A stretch of 64,000 nt of DNA, taken from an uncultured Acidimicrobiaceae bacterium (lineage in GTDB: Bacteria; Actinomycetota; Acidimicrobiia; Acidimicrobiales; RAAP-2). The position numbers were made by a program, and so were the translations under genes. Within the stretch, counting starts at the first letter, position 1; each line of letters begins with the position of its first letter. Positions 58,075-64,000 of the stretch are shown piece by piece. The stretch is taken from assembly GCA_963700235.1 (NCBI GenBank), contig CAVOWT010000005.1:215057-279056 (forward strand), in the 5' to 3' direction. The notes below the pieces were generated by a model. It searched no databases, was not told the DNA's origin, and worked only from the letters and a program-made list of their open reading frames with translations.

Positions 58075-58514
58075 ATGTGATGTCGCGAGGGGATAAGGGA
58101 TAAGGGGGTCCGAAACTCCCTACCCCGTAGGAATCGCCGCTGCCCCAGGTTCAAGACCTGCCGCCACCGGGTCGAATCATCAGGCCCGGGCGCCACACCG
58201 GAAAAAGGGAAGGGCCAGGGCCGAAACGGGGCCAGTCGGACGACATGCGAGTGGGATTATTTGGGTGTCATCTACCGGCATTCCCCACTTTGGTATGAGG
58301 GCGTCAAAGTGGGCACCTGAACCGTCTCGGTTCGTCGAGCGAGATCTCGTCGGATTCAGGCAGCTCGCCGGAGAAGTCCGTTTCGTCGGCTCTCTTCTCT
58401 GGCAGGCGTTTCCGCGTTCGGTCACATGAGCGGTGGCCAACGAGGAACCGGTTTTCCTCTTGGGTTTCAAACCTGGCGTTGACACAACCGATGTGCGCTC
58501 TCTAATCTTGTCCT

Positions 58515-59027
58515 ATGGCAATAGGACAAAGGGGTAATGGAGCGGTCGCCCGAGCGAACGCTCCGCTTGGCGGGAAGAGCGGTCCGGCGTCGCCGATCGA
58601 GTTCCGGCTCGATCCAGCCTCAGGTGTGCCGACCTACCTCCAGCTGGTTCACCAGGTCGAGCACGCGTTGCGTCTCGGCTACCTCAAGACTGGCGACCAG
58701 CTACCCAAGGTCAGGGACGTGGTCGCATCGCTGGCCATCAACCCGAACACGGTGTCGAAGGCTTACCGCGAGCTGGAGACAAAGGGCCTCATCATTGGGC
58801 GGCCGGGCCAGGGCACCTTCATCCTGGCCACTCTCAGTCAGGTCGCGCTCACCGAGCTGACCGGGCTGCGACGGTCCCTGCACTCCTGGCTGTCCAAGGC
58901 CGAAACGGCGGGGCTGGACGAGCAAGGGATCTTGGCGCTCGTCGCAAGTGAGCTACGGGATTTGTATGAGCGCCGCAGCGGGTCACGCGATGGCGCGTCA
59001 AGCGGCGAAACTGAGGGCGTTGCATGA
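58515..59027 (+). CDS. GntR-family regulator (YtrA-like, short effector domain)
   Basis: ..VPTYLQLVHQVEHALRLGYLKTGDQLPKVRDVVASLAINPNTVSKAYRELETKGLIIGRPGQGTFI.. Overlaps the downstream ABC ATPase start. The true start may be internal. Confidence 0.8.
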   Translation: MAIGQRGNGAVARANAPLGGKSGPASPIEFRLDPASGVPTYLQLVHQVEHALRLGYLKTGDQLPKVRDVVASLAINPNTVSKAYRELETKGLIIGRPGQGTFILATLSQVALTELTGLRRSLHSWLSKAETAGLDEQGILALVASELRDLYERRSGSRDGASSGETEGVA

Positions 59028-59935
59028 ACGTCCTTGAGACTCACGGCCTCGGGAAGTCCTATGGTGCGACCAAAGCGCTCTACGACTGCAGCCTGGCGAT
59101 CCCCGAAGGGCACGTGGCCGCACTGGTCGGGCCGAACGGTGCCGGAAAGTCGACATTGCTGAACCTCGCGGTCGGACTGGCAACGCCAACAAGCGGTGAG
59201 CTGACCGTCCTCGGTGGCTGCCGCGCCGGCTCCCTGCCGGCACTCGACGGCATCGCTTTCGTCGCGCAAGACACGCCGCTGTACAAGAACCTCTCCGCCG
59301 CCGATATGTTGCATCTCACCCGCAATCTCAACCGGCAATTCGATCAAGTCTACGCCGAGGCCCGGCTGGCTGAGCTGGGCATCCCGAAGAAGCGCAAGGC
59401 AGGCAAGCTGTCCGGCGGGCAGCAGGCCCAGCTCGCGTTGACCCTGGCGCTGGCCCGCCGACCGCGCCTTCTCGTACTCGATGAGCCGGTGGCGATGCTC
59501 GACCCGATTGCCCGCCACGATTTCATGGCTACGGTGCTGACAGCGGCGGCCGACGACGGAGTTTCGGTGCTGCTGTCCTCGCACGTGCTCGCCGAACTCG
59601 AGCGCGTGGCCGACTACTTGATCATGATGTCCTTAGGCCGTATCCAGTTGGCGGGCGGGGTCGACGACTTGCTCGCCAGTCACCGGGTGTTGACCGGCCC
59701 GGCAGCCCAGGCCAACCGATACGACGAACGGCCAGTGGTCTCTGTCCGCCGCGGTGATGCCCAGGCTCACCTGCTGGTTCGGACAACCGCGGACGATCCG
59801 GTCCCACGGGGTTGGGAGGCGCATCCAGTCGGCTTGGAAGAGCTCGCTCTGGCTTATCTGCGCGAGCCCGGCGCCGCCGCGCTGCCTGGCCCGGTTCGCA
59901 ACTGGGATGCCGATCCGTCGGAGGTGACGAGATGA
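59024..59935 (+). CDS. ABC transporter ATP-binding protein
   Basis: 303 aa. Walker A GPNGAGKST, signature LSGGQQ, Walker B LLVLDEP. Confidence 0.9.
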   Translation: MNVLETHGLGKSYGATKALYDCSLAIPEGHVAALVGPNGAGKSTLLNLAVGLATPTSGELTVLGGCRAGSLPALDGIAFVAQDTPLYKNLSAADMLHLTRNLNRQFDQVYAEARLAELGIPKKRKAGKLSGGQQAQLALTLALARRPRLLVLDEPVAMLDPIARHDFMATVLTAAADDGVSVLLSSHVLAELERVADYLIMMSLGRIQLAGGVDDLLASHRVLTGPAAQANRYDERPVVSVRRGDAQAHLLVRTTADDPVPRGWEAHPVGLEELALAYLREPGAAALPGPVRNWDADPSEVTR

Positions 59936-60996
59936 CCGCGCCGAGCACGATGTCGGCACCCGCGCTCGTGGAGGACCGCGCTGACCTGCAGCCGCTGCCG
60001 TGGCGACGGATGGCTTGGGTCACCTGGCGTCAGCACCGCACGGCGTTGATCGGCGCGTTCGCGTTGATCGGCGCGCTCGCCCTGTGCTTGTTGATCGTCG
60101 GCCTTCAGTTGCACCACGCGTACAACGCCGCGGCTGCGTGCCATCCGGCGAACTCGGCAGCCTGCACTGCCCTGGTCGACAACTTCAATGGCATCGGCAA
60201 CTTTCTGTCCAATGGCGGTCTCTTTCAGATCGTGCCGCCGTTGATCGGAGCATTCGTCGGGGCGCCGATACTTGCCCGCGAGTTCGAAGCCGGTACCTTT
60301 CGCTACGCCTGGACACAAGGCTTCGGGCGGTGGCGTTGGACGCTCGCCAAGTTGGTGGCGCTCGGGGTCGCGGTCGCCGCGGCCAGCGCAGCCCTCAGCA
60401 TCTTGGCCTCGTGGTACTACCAGCCGTATTTCGCCTCAGGCAACCAGTCCCTGTCCCTTACGGAGTTCAATCCGCTCAATCCCGGATTGTTCGACCAGCG
60501 CGGCCTTGCTTTCGCCGCATGGACCCTGACCGCCTTCGCCATCGGCGCCCTGGCCGGTGTGCTCATTCGCAAGGTCGTCCCTGCCATCGTGACCACTCTG
60601 GTTGTTTACGCAGGACTCGCCTTCGCGACCGGGGGGTGGCTACGCATGCACTACCTGACTCCGCTGGTCACCAAGGGACTCAACGTGCCGGGTTCTGCGC
60701 GGATCGTGAGCCAATGGGGAAGCAGGGCCGGCCGGGTCGTCTTCACCGGCCCGCCGACCTTTCCTATCTACCAGCAGTACTGTCCCGCTCAGGCTGGCCT
60801 GGGCAAGGGCGGCGGCGGGCCAGCGTCAGGGAATCCCCTCCAGTGCTTGGCCCTGCACGGCTTCACGTTCGGGACCAGCTACCAGCCGGCCAGCCGGTTC
60901 TGGGCGTTCCAGTGGATCGAAGGCGGCTGGCTGCTCGCACTGTCGGTCCTACTCATCGCCGTGACCGTCTGGTTAGTCCGTCGCCGCGCTGCCTGA
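59932..60996 (+). CDS. ABC-2-type transporter permease
   Basis: ATG 59932 overlaps the ATPase stop (ATGA). 354 aa, six or so TMs, ..APILAREFEAGTFRYAWTQG.. typical of ABC-2 permeases in YtrA-type operons. Confidence 0.7.
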   Translation: MTAPSTMSAPALVEDRADLQPLPWRRMAWVTWRQHRTALIGAFALIGALALCLLIVGLQLHHAYNAAAACHPANSAACTALVDNFNGIGNFLSNGGLFQIVPPLIGAFVGAPILAREFEAGTFRYAWTQGFGRWRWTLAKLVALGVAVAAASAALSILASWYYQPYFASGNQSLSLTEFNPLNPGLFDQRGLAFAAWTLTAFAIGALAGVLIRKVVPAIVTTLVVYAGLAFATGGWLRMHYLTPLVTKGLNVPGSARIVSQWGSRAGRVVFTGPPTFPIYQQYCPAQAGLGKGGGGPASGNPLQCLALHGFTFGTSYQPASRFWAFQWIEGGWLLALSVLLIAVTVWLVRRRAA

Positions 60997-61272
60997 AGGT
61001 TGCCATCCGCCGATCACTGCCCCGGCTCTGCGTGAACGCGGACGCGGCTGACGCGGACGAAGAACTCCGCAGAGGCATGGAGAGCACGGAAATTCCCCTA
61101 TCGATGCCTGGCCCCGCGTCCGCACTGGCCCAGCCCATGCCGCCTCTATCTGCCAGCCATCAGGCTCTTGGCTCAGAGCATTGCTATCTAGCGGACTCCT
61201 GACGATGTGCCCTGATCAACCGGCTGTGGGTCCGAAATCCGGAGGTGACTCTCTGGCTGCTTGCAACCGGCC

Positions 61273-61671
61273 CTAGCTGTCCTGACAATCGATCTCTACT
61301 CGGCTCGTGACGTCGTCGGTCACGGTGACAGGTCCTGATGCCTGACAGTCACCAGTGCCCCCCTTGAACTGGGGACTCCGCCCTGCGACGGCGTAGCGAC
61401 CGACGGGGAGGTGGACTGAGAACCGGCCGTTGGCGGAGAGGTAGATGGTGGCGATGTTCCCGTTCGACCCATGGAACGTGACGGAACCGCTGAGCGGTCG
61501 CGGCGTCCCAGCCGGACCACCGACAGCCTGGAGTTTGCCGTCAAGGGTTCCCTCGTCCGGATGCGACGAACAGCTGGCGAACGACACCCCTGCACAGAGT
61601 GCTACGAGTGCCGCGAGGGCGGTCAATGGGGCCCGACGAAAGCCAAACTTCGATTTTGCCATAGTGATCAC
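61273..61671 (-). CDS. Probable lipoprotein, beta-sandwich-like
   Basis: 132 aa with signal peptide and lipobox-like ..LCAGVSFASCSS. Overlaps the stop of the upstream FtsX-type permease gene. Confidence 0.55.
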   Translation of the reverse strand: MITMAKSKFGFRRAPLTALAALVALCAGVSFASCSSHPDEGTLDGKLQAVGGPAGTPRPLSGSVTFHGSNGNIATIYLSANGRFSVHLPVGRYAVAGRSPQFKGGTGDCQASGPVTVTDDVTSRVEIDCQDS

Positions 61672-63902
61672 TCGTTCCGGGCTACCTCGGGCCCCGTGAT
61701 CCGATCGAGGATGGGGAAGGTCGCGGCGATGATTGCCATCGACGCGGCCAGCCCTCCGATCACCGTGGCCCAGTAGGAGAGTCCGGGAAGGCTGAAGGCG
61801 AGGCCGACCTGTGAGCGCAGGTAGAGGGCGGCCGCCAGCAGTCCAACGACGATGGAGACCGCAGCGACGATGAGCAGCGGCAGCGCACTCTCCAGCGTCA
61901 CAACCCGGTGTAGGAGCTTTCGCGGGACCCCCGTAAGTCTGAGCAGGCTGAATGGGCGCCTCCGCTCAGCGAGACCGGCCGCGATGTTCACAGCCAGGCT
62001 GCACGCAGCGATAATCAGGCTGGCCACGATGATCACGTCAGTCATGGCCTGGATCACGGTCAGCAGGCGCGCCGTCGAGGGCTCCAGTGCCTCCACGGTC
62101 ACCGGTGTGCCTTGGAATGGGAATTCGCGCTCGAGTTCCGTTCGCACCCGTTCGATCGCACTCGAAGACCCGTTCGTCGCGACCACGACCGCGCTCACGG
62201 GGAGGGCTGCGAGCTGTGTCGCCGACAGCTTCCATGAGGGCCATGTCGTGGAGGACGCATTGGCGGTGTGCCCCAGAACCTTCGAGAGAAAGTAACCGAC
62301 GGATGCCACGGTGGCCTGCGGTGCGCATCGGCCGATGGCCGGAGTCTCTGCGAGTTCGTCACACGCGACCAGGCCGAAGGATCGCCCCTCTTGCGTCTGC
62401 GTGGGAGCCTCATGGACCACCGCCACCCCTTGCACCCCCGGCGTTGCCCGGAGCTTGTTAAGGACCGAGGGAGGGATGGAAGCCACCACGGACGCCGTTG
62501 GGCAGTCGGAGGTCGAATAGGTGCAGAACGGGTCGGCGAGGGTATTCAGACTGGCGTCGGAGTTATTCCCTCGGGTCACTTGCGTCACCGAGCTGAGGGC
62601 ACCGATCGCTGCGCTGGCGACGAAGAGGGCGATGACGAGACCACTGACAAAGCGGAAGGCAGCCTTAGGGTTGTCGAGAAGGTGACGACCGGCGATAAGG
62701 GTGGCGGGGCGACTCGCTCTTCTGGCCATGATCCGAGACCCTGCCGTTGTGAACCACGGCCCGGCCAGAACCAGACCCACGATCAGAAGCGCGAATCCAA
62801 CCAGGAGCTCGAGGAGCTGGCTCCCGATGGCGGTGGGCTTTCCGGCCGCATCGAAGTAGGCGAGGAAGGCGATACCTGCCAACAAAGGGACGATCCGGGC
62901 GATCCCCGGAGGTCGCTTCCTGACCTGTCGCGTGACTCCGAGAGGCGAAATCTGTACCCGGCGCAGAGCGAGGCGTGCGGAGAAAACGGCGGCAATGGGG
63001 ACTCCGACCACCGCGATAAGGATGTCGACAGTGTGCAGGGAGAGGTCGCCGTGCACCAACGGGGATCCGGTGATCGGCACGTGGTACAGCAGCGGTCGGA
63101 CTGCGAAGAAGAGTCCGAAACCGATGACGACTCCGGCGAGGGCGGCGATGACCGCTTCGACGGCCGAAATCGTCGAGATCTGGCGAGGAGTTGCGCCGAC
63201 GAGCCGCATAGAGGCGAAGCGTTCTTCGCGCCGGACGGCCGACAGTCTGCTCGCCGTCGCAATCAGGATCAGAATTGGCAGCACGAGCGCCACGGCCGCG
63301 CCGACCATAATGAATTCCAGAACTGGCCCGCTCCCGACCACGCTCTGGCAGCTATAGCAATTAGCCAGGTCACTGTGGATCGCCCCGATCTCGATGGCAG
63401 CCGGCTGCTTCGAGAGCTCGTCGGCGCTGTGACCGATGACGATGATCAACGAGTTGGGAGACGGCAGCCCCGCGCTGCCGATGATGCCCACCAGGCGACC
63501 GGAGTAGCGATCGCGCAGCTCGTCGGCGGGCTGGGAGCGGATCAGACTCACCAGCTTGGGCGAGGCGACGTACTGGCCCGGACCCGGCAGGCGGGACACT
63601 CCGGGAGGGATGGGCGCCCCCGGCCCGGCCGCTGCGACGTCGATCCGGTCGATGAGCTGACCCCCGAACGAGTCAGTGCTCGGTTCCCACCACAGGCCAC
63701 TGGCGGTCGAGGTCGGCGGCGTCGGTTGAACCGCCGAGTTCAGCCAGGCACCCCGATCGCTCTGGGCGTGGAGACCATTGATGCCGGCCATGGCGGCCAG
63801 CAACAAGCCGACCCCGAGTGCGACCGCAGCCGCAGTGACGAGGACCCGTAGGAAGGCTTCACGACCACTCCCCAAGGTCAGCCGCAAGCCGAGTCGGATC
63901 AT
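61668..63902 (-). CDS. FtsX-like ABC transporter permease (two FtsX domains)
   Basis: 744 aa with N- and C-terminal four-helix FtsX-type modules separated by large extracytoplasmic regions. The ATG overlaps the stop of the upstream ATPase gene (ATGA at 63899-63902). Confidence 0.75.
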   Translation of the reverse strand: MIRLGLRLTLGSGREAFLRVLVTAAAVALGVGLLLAAMAGINGLHAQSDRGAWLNSAVQPTPPTSTASGLWWEPSTDSFGGQLIDRIDVAAAGPGAPIPPGVSRLPGPGQYVASPKLVSLIRSQPADELRDRYSGRLVGIIGSAGLPSPNSLIIVIGHSADELSKQPAAIEIGAIHSDLANCYSCQSVVGSGPVLEFIMVGAAVALVLPILILIATASRLSAVRREERFASMRLVGATPRQISTISAVEAVIAALAGVVIGFGLFFAVRPLLYHVPITGSPLVHGDLSLHTVDILIAVVGVPIAAVFSARLALRRVQISPLGVTRQVRKRPPGIARIVPLLAGIAFLAYFDAAGKPTAIGSQLLELLVGFALLIVGLVLAGPWFTTAGSRIMARRASRPATLIAGRHLLDNPKAAFRFVSGLVIALFVASAAIGALSSVTQVTRGNNSDASLNTLADPFCTYSTSDCPTASVVASIPPSVLNKLRATPGVQGVAVVHEAPTQTQEGRSFGLVACDELAETPAIGRCAPQATVASVGYFLSKVLGHTANASSTTWPSWKLSATQLAALPVSAVVVATNGSSSAIERVRTELEREFPFQGTPVTVEALEPSTARLLTVIQAMTDVIIVASLIIAACSLAVNIAAGLAERRRPFSLLRLTGVPRKLLHRVVTLESALPLLIVAAVSIVVGLLAAALYLRSQVGLAFSLPGLSYWATVIGGLAASMAIIAATFPILDRITGPEVARNE

Positions 63903-64000
63903 GCGCCGACCGCCATCGGGCTGGCGACCCGGCCGTCGCGTACGATCACCTCTCGGTCGGCGTAGGCGGCAACGCGGGGTTCGTGGGTGACGAGGACGAC
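63899..64000 (-). CDS. ABC transporter ATP-binding protein, C-terminal end only (5-prime part beyond window)
   Basis: The minus-strand translation ends ..VVLVTHEPRVAAYADREVIVRDGRVASPMAVGA-stop, typical of MacB/LolD-type ATPase C-termini. Confidence 0.6.
   Translation of the reverse strand, partial: VVLVTHEPRVAAYADREVIVRDGRVASPMAVGA

Noticed and set aside
26912-58108. Known defence or addiction systems on the island (CRISPR-Cas, restriction-modification, retron/reverse transcriptase, CBASS, toxin-antitoxin) and a tyrosine integrase next to the tRNA
   Set aside because: I found no reverse transcriptase, nuclease/methylase, cyclase-effector pair or integrase-like ORF. Only a frameshifted DUF2283 relic hints at a former TA-like pair. 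Nothing is complete enough to report.
58109-58514. ORF 58180..58485 (-) and possible small RNA between element B2 and the GntR gene
   Set aside because: The translation is unconvincing and I see no conserved structure. It is most likely the promoter or leader region of the GntR-ABC operon.

Overview
64 kb of high-GC, actinobacterium-like chromosome (GTG starts, GC-rich third codon positions, a mycothiol-type DinB/MDMPI gene). (1) 1-26.6 kb is core-like and very GC-rich. It holds a divergent acyl-CoA/lipid catabolic cluster: an SCP-x-type thiolase and a cysteine-free HMG-CoA-synthase-like::DUF35 fusion on the minus strand, and two acyl-CoA dehydrogenases, a family III CoA-transferase, a hotdog hydratase pair and a long MFS transporter on the plus strand. 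Assorted genes follow (DEDDh exonuclease, rhodanese, YgjP-type peptidase, aqpZ, PaaI thioesterase, TetR). About ten genes here are broken by one to six frame changes as sequenced, while long neighbours are intact. (2) tRNA-Arg(CCT) at 26839-26911 is followed by a ~31 kb lower-GC mosaic (26.9-58.1 kb). A 13-nt copy of the tRNA 3-prime end at 49930-49942 marks an island boundary. The mosaic is partitioned by five copies of an unclassified ~210-265 bp GC-rich element. It contains a ~2 kb ORF-free, G-rich/C-poor tract, an IS21-family element (no target duplication), an IS256-family element (perfect 9-bp duplication), a decayed IS30 transposase and a decayed large serine recombinase. It also carries orphan signalling genes (CheY, two atypical LuxR-type regulators, a GGDEF sensor), duplicated small zinc-ribbon/XRE modules, a sulfotransferase, and a ClC/MarR/CaCA ion-transport cassette. 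(3) 58.5-64 kb holds a GntR(YtrA-like)-ABC operon and an FtsX-type ABC exporter with a lipoprotein. I found no rRNA, no CRISPR array and no complete known defence system. The most unusual signals are the junction-associated GC-rich element family with hairpin heads, the strand-asymmetric tract next to the tRNA, and the non-random gene decay. All calls come from reading the translations and sequence by eye; no database search was possible.
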